From: Leidyana gryllorum EB-2025a
Lineage: Eukaryota > Protista > Apicomplexa
NCBI GenBank assembly: GCA_048772705.1
Contig: JBLWGC010000141.1
Location: 7,533-71,532 of the forward strand
DNA length: 64,000 bases
Direction: 5' to 3'
Part shown: positions 50,817 through 61,852 of the stretch, piece by piece
Numbering within the stretch: position 1 is the stretch's first letter
Layout of the letters: each line of letters starts with the position of its first letter
Made by a program: the position numbers and the translations under genes
The notes under the pieces: generated by a model
Seen by the model: the letters and a program-made list of their open reading frames with translations, nothing else
What the model was told of the DNA's origin: nothing
Database searches by the model: none

Positions 50817-51826
50817 TCTGGGTTGTCGGTTGACCCGATGGGATAAGCAGTTTTAGAAGTAACACAGCCACCGCGTCGACACTCAAGGCAATTAACATCT
50901 CAAGAATTGCATTTCGGCTACCTCTTCCATGTTGCAGACTAAGCAGTGCAGCTCAGCGGAAGAGTGTTGGGCTCATAACCCAAAGGTCAGTCGATCGAAA
51001 CGACTCACTGCTAAGTGTGCGCAAAAGGGAAGCAGTCTAGAATAGATCGGCTCGTGACCAAAGCCTTCTGCCGGAATCGAACCGGCGACCTTTCGCTTAC
51101 TAAGCGAATGCTCTGCCCCTAAGCTAAGAAGGCAATGCAAGCCGAAGATCACGAAACAGTCTCTATTGACGGAGATTACTGGACCACAAGCACACTCTGC
51201 TGGATTTCCACTGCCGGGACTTGAACCCGGCTCGTGCGGGTGAGAGCCGCATATCCTAGCCACTTAGACTACAGTGGACAACTTCCTCAGCTGCAGCTTT
51301 GGACGAAAGCCGTACCATCTTGAGATGAGATGGAGCGTCAGGTCAATCGACAAGCAACGGGGCTGTTCTGGGAATCGAACCCAGGACTTCTTCCACCCGA
51401 AGGAAGAATCATACCACTAGACCAAACATCCGCCTGTCGGTCGTGCAACCCGCTGAGTACAGTTGAGATAGTGGTCATACTATGTTGAGAACCAACAAAT
51501 GCGATGGGTCTGCACAACAAAATGGAAGGACTTTTGGGGTTTCAGGCCGGTGTGTTCGGAGCGTCCGAGATAGTATAGTGGTTAGTATTTCCGCCTGTCA
51601 CGCGGAAGACCCGGGTTCGATTCCCGGTCTCGGAGCACAGTTGATCTGGCTTAAGATTGTCTTTTTTGGTGCCCGCTGAAACTTGCGAGCTACAGCCACC
51701 GAGGATCGGACTCGGGACCTTCTGCGTATTAAGCAGACGTCGTGACCACTAGACCATGGCTGCAGAGAAGGTCCCGCAGACCACGAGAAGTGGCGAGGCT
51801 TCACGGAAAAGTGAAGACCAGTTTCG

Positions 51827-51898
51827 AGGTCGCGCCGGGAATCGCAGCTAGGTCGGGAGATTTAGAGTCTCCAGTGCTAACCACTACACCACGTAACC
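51827..51898 (-). pseudogene. tRNA-Gln body with CTA (amber) anticodon, damaged T-arm
   Basis: GGAGA-CT CTA AA-TCTCC; T-stem and T-loop mismatches. Confidence 0.75.
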
Positions 51899-53711
51899 GA
51901 TTCAGTCCTTCCCGAAAAAGAGTTGGTAGAGCCATCCGGACTAGCCCTCCTCAACTGGGCACATGCAACACACATCTCTCTACTGACCTTTGAAATAATG
52001 TAACTGACTCTTGTATCTTAGTCGGCAGAGCGTGTCATTGTAACATACAAACTCGGAAATCCGGGCTCTGAGGCAACCTTCACACATACTGCGATGCCCA
52101 GGTCTGTCCAAGGGTTATAGGGCACAATTATCTCAGCTCGGGAAATAAATAGCGGCAGGTGCAGCCGTACGAAGTTTGGACGACCTGGGCATCGATCCCA
52201 GTACCTCTCGCATGCTAAGCGAGCGCTCTACCATTTGAGCTAGTCGCCCGTTGTGCAGATTCCATCGATTTTTTTGTTCTCAACATCGTATGACCACTCT
52301 CTCGACTGTACTCAGCGGGTTGCTGGACCGACAGCCGGCTGTTTGGTCTAGTGGTATGATTCTTCCTTCGGGTGGAAGAAGTCCTGGGTTCGATTCCCAG
52401 AACAGCCCCGTTGGTTGTCGATTGACCCGACGCTCTATCTCATCTCAAGATCGTACGGCTCTCGTCCAAAGCTGCAGCTGAGGAAGTTTGTCCACTGTAG
52501 TCTAAGTGGCTAGGTTATACGGCTCTCACCCGTACATCCGGGTTCAAGACCCGGCAGTGGAAGCTACTCGAGCAAAGTGCCTCAGTAATCCCCGTCAATA
52601 GTGACTGATTCTTGATCTTCGGCCTGGATTGCCTTCTTAGCTTAGGGGCAGAGCATTCGCTTAGTAAGCGAAAGGTCGCCGGTTCGATTCCGGCAGAAGG
52701 CTCGACTGCATCGACTAGGCACCTGCAACCGGTAAGTCTCTTAGCCACGAAGCCGCAGGTTTGGAACCTGTCACTACCTGAACCCACAGGGGGCTGTTTC
52801 TTCCTTCGGGTGGAAGAAGTCCTGGGTTCGACTCCCAGAACAGCCCGTCTGATAGTTGTTGACGCAACAAGGCACTCGACCCATCCCGAACAGCTAAGAC
52901 AGGATCTGAGTTGTTGACTCAACAGGCTGCAACCCGGGCATTCGCCCAGACGCTACTGGGACTCGAACCCAGAATCCCCGGTTCCGTAGACCGATGCCAT
53001 ATCCATTAGGCCATAGCGCCGACTAGCGGAGCCGTCAAATGGAAGTGTGTAGCGAGCAAGACGACATGGGCAGCTACGCTCGATGGTGGGTCTGGACAGA
53101 CTTCACCCACATCTCCCATTCGAGACATCGGGGACATACTATCCAAGCCAGGATTCGGGCCTGGGTATGCACGGCCACAACTTGCTGTTGTAAGCACCTA
53201 GACGACCCGGACAATCTTCAAGTGAGGCTGGTGGGTACCAAAGCCACTTGAGATGTCGGGCTATCGGGTTTTGTGTCCTTGCATTCCTGCCGCCCTAGCT
53301 CAGTCGGTTGAGCGCAAGACTCTTAATCTTGCAGTCGCGGGTTCGAGCCCCGCGGGCGGTGAGCATCTATTTCATTGGGAGTAAGAATGGAACTGTTGCC
53401 TACAAGCACACTCAGCTGGAGTTCCACTGCCGGGACTGGAACCCGGATCGTGCGGGTGGGAGCCGCATATCCTAGCCACTTAGACTACAGTGGACGAGTC
53501 ACAACAGTTGCACTGACGAATGAGGCGCCAGAGAAGTGTGACTCGGTCTCAGATTGGAAGTTCACCTAGGTTTGGCGGGTGGGCGGCTATCTCAAGTGGT
53601 AAAGCGGTGACTTTGCACGCGAGAGGTCAGTTTAGACATCTATCAATGCCGCAGGGCAGGCTGAACATGGGGGTATTTGGTCACTTCCGCGACATGTCGA
53701 ATTCGACAGGT

Positions 53712-53793
53712 GGCAACTTGCCCGAGTGGTTAAGGGGGTAGACTAGAAATCTACTGGGCCTGGCCCGCGCTGGTTCGAATCCAGCAGTTGTCG
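53712..53793 (+). tRNA. tRNA-Ser(AGA)
   Basis: Intact cloverleaf. Confidence 0.92.
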
Positions 53794-54117
53794 TGTTATG
53801 TGATCGGGCATCAACTCCATTCGGTCGTGGCTGTGCTATATCATTCCAGCTAGTCGCCCGCTGTGCAGACCCCATAGCAATTAGTGGTTCTTGACATATT
53901 ATGTCCGACGGGCTGTTTGGTCTAGTGCTGTGACCCCTCCTCAGGGTGGAGTCCTGGTTCGATTCCCAGCACAGCCCTCTTGGTCGTCGGTTGACCCGAT
54001 CGGACAAGTTGCCCCAGAACCAACACAGCCACCTCGTTAGCCCACTTCGGTAGGGCAGTCAGCGCAACTAACCTCTCGAGAATCGCATTTCGGCTACCTC
54101 TGACATGTTGCAGACTA

Positions 54118-54189
54118 AGCAGTGTAGCTCAGTGGAAGAGTGTTGGGCTCATAACCCAAAGGTCCGTCGATCGAAACGACGCACTGCTA
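54118..54189 (+). tRNA. Initiator tRNA-Met(CAT)
   Basis: A1:U72, TTGGG-CT CAT AA-CCCAA, ATCGAAA T-loop (A54/A60). Confidence 0.92.
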
Positions 54190-54384
54190 AGTGTGCGCAG
54201 AAGGGAACAGTTGTAGGATAGATTGGCTCGTGAGCAAGCCTTCTGCCGGAATCGAACCGGCGACCTTTCGCTTACTAAGCGAATGCTCTGCCGCTAAGCT
54301 AAGAAGGCAATGCAAGCCGGGAATCACGCATCAGTCCCTATTTACGCAAGTTATCAGAGCACTTTGATCGAGTACTCTAATGAC

Positions 54385-54457
54385 TTCCACTGCCGGGACT
54401 TGAACCCGGATGGTGCGGGTGAAAGCCGCATATCCTAGCCACTTAGACTACAGTGGA
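54385..54457 (-). tRNA. tRNA-Glu(TTC)
   Basis: CT TTC AC. Confidence 0.85.
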
Positions 54458-55501
54458 CAAGTGCTCGAGTTTAGGCTTCGGCCGAGAGCCGGACCGTCTC
54501 GGAAAGATTCCACAAGACTTTTGAAGGGAGAACCGCGGGTTCGGGCGGCGCGAGCAGTCCTAGTAAAAGCTTGCTGAACCGTATGTGAAGCCACTGGCCG
54601 CAAAATGCCAAGTTCGACAACGGCAACTTGCCCGAGTGGTTAAGGGGGTAGACTAGAAATCTACTGGGCCGGGCCCGCGTTGGTTCAAATCCAGCAGTTG
54701 TCGTGCGATGTGGTTGGAGGGTTAAACACCAACTCATTTCTGAATGTGGAAAAGCAACCATGTGTCCTCTGCATCTGCCGGGAATCGAACCCGGGTCGTC
54801 TCGATGGCAACGAGACATTCTACCACTAGACCACAGATGCGTAACACCTTGTTGTTGGAGCTCGTACACAATAACGGCCGTTTTGCTTCGAATGAGAAGA
54901 CAGGGTCAAGTTGAGCGAGCTTGAGAGGCGCCTCGTGGGTACGTAACTCAGTGGTAGAGCATTTGACTGCAGATCAGCAAGTCCGTGGTTCAACTTCGCG
55001 CGTGCCCTGAAGTTGAGATGAAACGCTGGAAGATGTTAAACCAACATTCCTGACCATAAGGGGTTGCAGAATCCTGCGCCAGCAAGAGGCGGGTTCCTAT
55101 ATTAACCTCTGAAACATTGTAGCTGGGTCTTGTAGCTCAGTCGGCAGAGCGTGTGGCTGTTAACCACAAAGTCGCAGGTGCGAAACCTGCCAGGACCGCT
55201 TTCAGAGGCACCCTAAACATTGACTGCGCTGCTCTCCCAATGGCACTTGTGGTCTGCGACCCTTCAAAGATGTAAGGTGGTTTGGATCCCGCCACGTGCA
55301 GCCGTACGTACTTTGGACGACCTGGGCATCGATCCCAGTACCTCTCGCATGCTAAGCGAGCGCGCTACCATTTGAGCTAGTCGCCCATTCAGCAAACCCC
55401 AGTACATCCAGTTCTTTTTACATGGTATGACCAATCTCCCAACTGCATCAATCACTTTCACCAGTTTGTGCTCCACTTTGCACAAACGAAGGCACGCAGG
55501 A

Positions 55502-55574
55502 AACGGCTGGAGGGACTCGAACCCTCAACCTTTGCCTTAGGAGGGCAACGCGCTATCCATTGCGCCACAACCGC
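55502..55574 (-). tRNA. tRNA-Arg(CCT)
   Basis: TTGCC-CT CCT AA-GGCAA. Confidence 0.88.
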
Positions 55575-55917
55575 ATTCGGGACGCATCCGACTTTTGAGT
55601 GGGACGAAAGCGGGCTGCCCCGAGGTGTCTCCTCTTTCACCCAACCAGTATCCAGATGACCGAAGCCTATCCATTTTGCGGTGGCCTAATGGAGAGGGCA
55701 TCGGTATTCGGAACCGGGAGTTGTGGGTTCGAGTCCCATCCGCATCATAGCCTCTCACTCGGAAGACGTTCTGTTTCGACCGAGGCAAGCTTGCTAGCTG
55801 TATGGGGAGCCACCACCGCGTATGTCGAGTTGAAGTGCTAGTGATATGATTTTCCTGCGAAAGTCCCGCAGCCCAAGAGAAGTGGCGAAGTTTCAGGAGT
55901 AGTGAGGACCAGTTCCG

Positions 55918-55989
55918 AGGTCGCGCCGGGAATCGAACCCAGGTCGGGAGATTCAGAGTCTCCAGTGCTAACCACTACACCACGCAACC
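55918..55989 (-). tRNA. tRNA-Gln(CTG)
   Basis: Intact cloverleaf. Confidence 0.9.
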
Positions 55990-56166
55990 GCTCCAGCCCA
56001 TCCCAAAAGAGTCGGTACAGCCATCCGGACCAGCGCACCTTCCGTCGGGATTCCCGTGCGAACTGTCAGGGTGTAGGTACACCCCCTTCTCGATGTCAGT
56101 ATTTGGCTCTTGGAATGACTGTTTGGCGGGGTGGACGAAGGTCTGAGCGGCCGCTTCAATCCCAGT

Positions 56167-56768
56167 TGTTGTAACCCCAAGTCGCTACTCAAGGGGAACG
56201 AGGCCCAGTTCTCACCTCTGCATACTTTCGACCACAAGCCAGACTTAGAACCAAGTTAGTATTTTTGCCGACGAGTCTACCACGAATATGTCGCACACGA
56301 CGGCGCAAAACAAGAACTACGACTTGTTGTACCAAGTGCAAAAGTTATCTTAGGCCGCCTCTTGCCTAGTCCAACTCTGACGTAGCCAACTTTGCTTGCG
56401 TGTGTCTCTCGCTCCGGTGTCTCTCTCACTCCCCCCATGTGCCAGTCGCTCGCACTCTTGCGGAGCCTCGCGCTGGACACACACGGTAGTTCTCCCCGAC
56501 ACCACACTCTGATCATTCATGTGAGTGTCTGCACAGTTACACTGTCGCAGCGAGCTCAGACCACTAGGGTGCATTTGCCTTTACGCTTTAGTAGTGGTTG
56601 CTTTACGTTCGTTAATAATGCCTCTTCACCATCTTATATATGCCCCTATATAAGTGCCAAATATGTAGGGAAGTATCCAGATGGATGTTAATTCGATTGG
56701 AAATTTCACCAAGTCGAATCTGGCCACCCGATAGGAAGTTGACCATCAGGCAAACACGAACTACAACA
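56167..56768 (-). mobile_element. Solo LTR (family A) with 5-bp TSD
   Basis: TGTTGTA...TACAACA termini; CCAGT at 56162-56166 and 56769-56773; reverse complement of 61912-62511. Confidence 0.95.
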
Positions 56769-57974
56769 CCAGTTATGGGGTTTTGCTGTGCACATCACTC
56801 GCTCTTTCGGCTAGTGACTGTTCACCTCAACTCTGAAGCGGTCACATATTCCAGTCGGTTAGAGCGTGAGCCTGATAACTTCCGAGTCCGCGACTGGAGC
56901 CCGCGCGTGACCAAGTGAGTGGATCTCTGATACAGATTCGCCCTGCACCCGAGGAAGGCCCAAGATTCCACGATCAATACGAATGGAATTTGTTACTAAG
57001 TCCGAGCTTCGTTGCCGCCCCAAGTCCGTCGGTAGAGCGCCAGACTTTTTAAGGGAAAACCGCGGCTTCGCGCCGCGCGAGCAGTCCTAGTCAAGCTTGC
57101 TGAACCGTATGTGAAGCCACAGGGCGCAAGATGTGCTGGATCTACACTAGTTCCTCACTCGGGCAAGTTGGCAACTGTCGATTCCGTCATGCTGCGAGGA
57201 GTGGGCTCACATACGGCCGCGATAAGTGCTTATTTTCACCGCCTTCCATGACTACCTACCGCCTCGGTAGCTCAGTTGGGAGAGCGCCAGACTGAAGATC
57301 CACGGCTGAGGCAAAGAGGTTGTGACATTCGGTGTCATTCCTCGCACCCCTGCGAGCCTTCTGCCCTCCATCAGATACCTGTTTCCAGAGACACACGCCG
57401 CTTTCACAGTCCGGAAGCTCCGTGCAGCCATGGTCTAGTGCTTACGACGTCTGCTTCACACGCAGAAGTTCCCGAGTTCGATCCTTGGTGGTTGTAGCTC
57501 GCAACTTTCAGCGAGAACCAAAGGAGAGAATCTAAGCGAAACCAACTGTGCTCCGAGACCGGGAATCGAACCCGGATCTTCCGCGTGACAGGCGGAAATA
57601 CTAAACACTATACTATCTCGGACGCTCCGAACACGCCGGCCTCCACCCCAAAAGTCCTTCCATTTTGAGATTCCAAGGATAGAAAACGCGTGGAGCGGCG
57701 AGCCAACAACGTCCGGTGAAGATGGTCGAGTGGTCTAAGCGCTGTGCTCAGAGCGGAGTCCGAAAGGGGGTGGGTTCGAATCCCAATTTTGTTTTGTCAG
57801 ATTGCGCCCTCAACGGGAAAAACATAGTCTGATTGAGCCCAGAGTGATTCGAACACCCAACCTTCTGATCTGGAGTCAGACGCGCTACCGTTGCGCCGTA
57901 GGCTTAAAACCATCCCCATTGCCTTGTGGTCAGGAATTGAGGTCCAACATCTCCGATCGTTCCAAACCATCTTC

Positions 57975-58046
57975 AGGGCACGCGCGGAGTTGAACCACGG
58001 ACTTGCTGATCTGCAGTCAGCCGCTCTACCACTGAGCTACGTACCC
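57975..58046 (-). tRNA. tRNA-Cys(GCA)
   Basis: CT GCA GA. Confidence 0.85.
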
Positions 58047-58440
58047 AGAACTGCCCCCCATACTCGCTCAACTCGATTCTGTTTTCTCATTCGAAGCAAA
58101 ACGGTCGTGTACATCGTGACCACTAGACCATGGCTGCACGCAAGGTCCCGCGGACCAAGAGAAGTAGTGAGGCTTCACACAGCAGTGAGAACTAGTTACG
58201 AGGTCGCGCCGGGAATTGAACCCAGGTCGGGAGATTCAAAGTCTCTAGTGCTAACCACTACACCACGAAACCATTCACGACCAAGATTTGAAAGAGTGAA
58301 TGAAGCCATTGGGACTGGAGATAAATGCGGTTCAGAGCTCGAAGGTCTGCGTACCATTGAGACCACGCGCGGTCAATACGAGGCGCTTCAAATCCGGGTA
58401 AATGCAGAAAGATAGCATGACGAGAGCGTGGCCTTACCGT

Positions 58441-59151
58441 CTAAGGCTTTTCCCCGGTCCCTCCTGACCGGTTTCCGCCAAAATGGCGTCTTCCTCTGCC
58501 TCTTCCGCGAAAGGTGCCTCTTCCTCGTCCGCGGATTGTTTCGTCGGCTAGTCCAAATGCTCTTTGTCCTTGTATGAACATGGCCGTCTGGTGTATGCCG
58601 TTCGTTCCGGTCCTTAGGGCTATCTCCATTGCTTTCCTTCGGCTCATTCCTTTGTTGTCCATACAGTCCTCGAGGAAGTCGAGTAGGGAGGAAGCTTCTG
58701 CTGCCGCTATTCTGTAGGCTTGAGCCATAAGCTCTCTTCCTCGTATCACTTCTGCATCCTGAAAGAATGCTCTATATACTCCTTCTTCTTGGCCTTCGCC
58801 GTGTCCTGATATTAGTTGGTTTCTGTCCATCGCATTTCCTCCACTGGTTGATTCTTCCATTGTCGATGTTTGTATTGGTCGTGTCTGTATCACGCTAGAC
58901 AGCATTTGCATGAACAGTTGGCGTTCGTGTTGCCCCGCGAAGTCGTAGATATCCGCTATCTGATTCTTGGTTAGCTTGTTCATCCTGGAAGGCGTGAATA
59001 TATCTTCCAGCTGAGGGGGAACACGAGTATCTTTAGGATTTCGGGTGGACTTATCCTTATTTTCCTTATTGTCCTTCATGTGGTCCTCTGCTGGTATCTC
59101 TGTGGGTGCCACAACCGAGGTGCCGTCCGTTGGTTCCGTGTCTTTATCCAT
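58441..59151 (-). CDS. 236-aa hypothetical protein with C-terminal RG-rich tail (possible retroelement Gag/ORF1-like nucleic-acid-binding protein)
   Basis: Only long complete ORF not derived from tRNA or LTR sequence; ATG after an AT-rich leader; ends RGRGRGTFRGRGRGRRHFGGNRSGG. Confidence 0.75.
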   Translation of the reverse strand: MDKDTEPTDGTSVVAPTEIPAEDHMKDNKENKDKSTRNPKDTRVPPQLEDIFTPSRMNKLTKNQIADIYDFAGQHERQLFMQMLSSVIQTRPIQTSTMEESTSGGNAMDRNQLISGHGEGQEEGVYRAFFQDAEVIRGRELMAQAYRIAAAEASSLLDFLEDCMDNKGMSRRKAMEIALRTGTNGIHQTAMFIQGQRAFGLADETIRGRGRGTFRGRGRGRRHFGGNRSGGTGEKP

Positions 59152-59223
59152 AGTAGAGTAGTAATAGTCAAGTGTAGATAAGAGTCAGTTAGAATATGTC
59201 ATGAATAAGAAAATGAAAAGGGA

Positions 59224-59296
59224 TAGGAGTGGAGAGAATCGAACTCTCGACTCCAGGATTATGAGACGTACGCGCTACCGACTGCGCTACACTCCC
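59224..59296 (-). tRNA. Elongator tRNA-Met(CAT), slightly degenerate
   Basis: CT CAT AA; followed by TTTT runs and then the 236-aa ORF. Confidence 0.75.
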
Positions 59297-59705
59297 TAGT
59301 GAAACTTTTTTCGATGCATCTCCTCATGTCAAAAGGGTGCACGGGGATGCTGGATCCACAACAAGGACAGACAGCTGAGACAAAATCTGAGTTGCAGCAG
59401 TTGTGAGGGGCTGGAACCCGAGGCCGCTCGCCCAGACGCTACTGGGACTCGAGCCCACAATCTCCGCTTCCCTGGACCGATGCAACATCCATTAGGTCAT
59501 AGCCCCGATCAACGGGGACGTCAGATGAGAGTGTGTAGGCTCATCAGGATACGTGTTTCCAGAGATACACGCCCCTTTCCCCAGTCCGGAAGCTCCCTGC
59601 AGCCATCGTCTAGTGGTTAGGGGACGTCTGCTTCACACGCAGAAGGTCCCGCGTTCGATCCTCGGAGACAGCCAAAGGAGAGAATCTCAAGCGAAACCAA
59701 GTGAG

Positions 59706-59777
59706 CTCCGAGACCGGGAATCGAACCCAGGACTTCTTCTACCCGAAGGAAGAATCATACCACTAGACCAAACAGCC
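59706..59777 (-). pseudogene. Chimeric tRNA: Pro(CGG) 5' part joined to Asp 3' end
   Basis: GGCTGTT...TT CGG GT...GGGTTCGATTCCC then GGTCTCGGAG; acceptor cannot pair. Confidence 0.85.
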
Positions 59778-60195
59778 GCCTAGCTGGTGGTTCAACCCGC
59801 TGGGTACAGTCGAGAGAGTGGTCATACGATGTTGAGAACAAAAAAATGCGATGGGGTCTGCACAATGGGCGACTAGCTCAAATGGTAGAGCGCTCGCTTA
59901 GCATGCGAGAGGTACTGGGATCGATGCCCAGGTCGTCCAAACTTCGTACGGCTTCACCTGCCGCTATTTATTTCCCGAGCTGAGATAATTGTGCCTTGTA
60001 GCCCTTGGACAGACCTGGGCATCGCAGTATGTGTGAAGGTTGCCTCAGAGCCCGGATTTCCGAGTTTGTAATTTACAAACACACACTCTGCCGACTAAGA
60101 CACAAGAGCAGTAGAGAGACGCGTGTTGCATGTGTCCAGTTGAGGAGCGCTAGTCCGGATGGCTCTACCAACTCTTTTTCGGGAAGGACTGAATC

Positions 60196-60267
60196 GGTTA
60201 CGTGGTGTAGTGGTTAGCACTGGAGACTCTAAATCTCCCGACCTAGCTTCGATTCCCGGCGCGACCT
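60196..60267 (+). pseudogene. tRNA-Gln body with CTA (amber) anticodon
   Basis: CTA at 60229-60231; T-stem CTAGC/CCCGG has 2 mismatches. Confidence 0.75.
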
Positions 60268-60676
60268 CGAAACTGGTCTTCACTTTTCCGTGAAGCCTCG
60301 CCACTTCTCGTGGTCTGCGGGACCTTCGCTGCAGCCATGGTCTAGTGGTCACGACGTCTGCTTAACACGCAGAAGGTCCCGAGTTCGATCCTCGGTGGCT
60401 GTAAGTCGCATTTTTCAGGTGAGCACCACGAAATCTAAAGCGGAAAAACTAAGTGTCTCCAAGACCGGGAATCGGGTCCTCCCTTCTCGACACTTCACGA
60501 AAAGAAAACCTGTCAAGTGGCGAGCCAAGAACACTCCGGCATGATGGCCGAGTGGACCAAGGCGCTGTGTAAAGGCCGCAGTTCGAAAGGGCGTGGGTTC
60601 GAATCCCCCTCTTGTCAGCCGTTGTATCACCACTCGGTCAGCCACTGATGCAATGGGTCTTCCATGTAGAGCGGAT

Positions 60677-60749
60677 GGGCGGCTAGCTCAGATGGTAGAG
60701 CGCTCGCTTTGCATGCGAGAGGTACTGGGATCGATACCCAGGTTGTCCA
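60677..60749 (+). tRNA. tRNA-Ala(TGC)
   Basis: TT TGC AT. Confidence 0.88.
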
Positions 60750-61553
60750 AACTCAGTAGGCCGGCACCTGCCGGTGGTTAGATACAGAGTTGCGACCTCT
60801 AAGAGAGAGTTGGACATCGCAGCTCCCGGTACTGCCAGGCTTCGAAACTGCGACTTTGTGGTGAACAGCTACACGCTTTGCCGACTGAGCTACAAGACCC
60901 AGTTGCAATGTTCTTTTGAGCGAGGAGAAATCTTACCTTCAGACCAAACAGCCCCCTGGTCGGCCTGCCCAGCTACGGCACTGATAGGTGTCAAATCGGT
61001 CCGCATCTCAAGAACCACGTTTCCGCTTCCTGCATGATATCCGACGCTGGAGTAGTGGAACTCAGTGCGAGAGTGTTGGGCTTATGACTGCAGGGTCCGA
61101 GGTCTCCCGCAACACGGGTCTCTACTGATCTCTGAAATATTTCAAGTGGCTCCTGTATATAGCGCCCAGCGTAGAGCCTTGGATTTGGGTCGGACAAAGC
61201 AGTTGCGCTTTTTCCCGAATGCTACCGACAGGGGTGAGATTCGAACTCACGCGGGTGTAACCCAACGGCTTAGCAGGCCGCCGCCTTAACCACTCGACCA
61301 CCTTGCCGAGAGTGGAACGGGCTACGCCTTCCATCGGGAATCCCGTGCGAATTGGTAGATTCTTACTCCCAGAGACATTGACTTGCACCGCCCGCGGGGC
61401 TCGAATCCGCGTCTGCAAGATTAAAAGTCTTGCGTTCTACGGGCTGAGCTAGGGCGACAACGAAGCTTTATAACTGCCGGACCCCGTTCTCGACAGCCGT
61501 TTAATGGGCGCTTGGTCAGCCACTGGATGCAATAGCCCCTCATCTGTGCGTCT

Positions 61554-61626
61554 GGGCGGCTAGCTCAGATGGTAGAGCGCTCGCTTTGCATGCGAGAGGT
61601 GCTGGGATCGATACCCAGGTCGTCCA
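61554..61626 (+). tRNA. tRNA-Ala(TGC)
   Basis: Intact cloverleaf. Confidence 0.88.
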
Positions 61627-61714
61627 AACTCCATGCAACTTTGGCTGCAGAGAACCGGCTGGCGCTGGTCCAAAAATGTGAATGTTGTCATCTCAATCTA
61701 CTCGAAAAGCCGCG

Positions 61715-61787
61715 GCCTACGTGGCGCAATGGATAGCGCGTTGGACATCTAATCCAAAGGTTGCGAGTTCGTGTCTCGCCGTAGGTA
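61715..61787 (+). tRNA. tRNA-Arg(TCT), possibly pseudogene
   Basis: TTGGA-CA TCT AA-TCCAA (A33), TTCGTGT T-loop. Confidence 0.7.
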
Positions 61788-61852
61788 ACCAAATGCTCAG
61801 CCCTTTACTTAGATGATTTGGCTGACTCCAGCTGCTTCGCTGTGGAATGTTG

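Noticed and set aside
51691-51763. Val body with AAT (Ile) anticodon
   Set aside because: Single copy with a mutated T-loop; its inverted twin near 60331 has AAC, so this is a private mutation.
58441-58460. Frameshift or amber readthrough at the end of the 236-aa ORF
   Set aside because: No in-phase canonical slippery heptamer, and the insert ends 16 bp after the stop, leaving no downstream ORF to read into.
466-61418. Hundreds of 60-197 aa ORFs in the supplied track
   Set aside because: They are translations of tRNA genes and spacers (recurring GFEP, GSNP, RVRFP from B-boxes) in GC-rich DNA, with no coherent protein signal. 58441-59151 is the exception.
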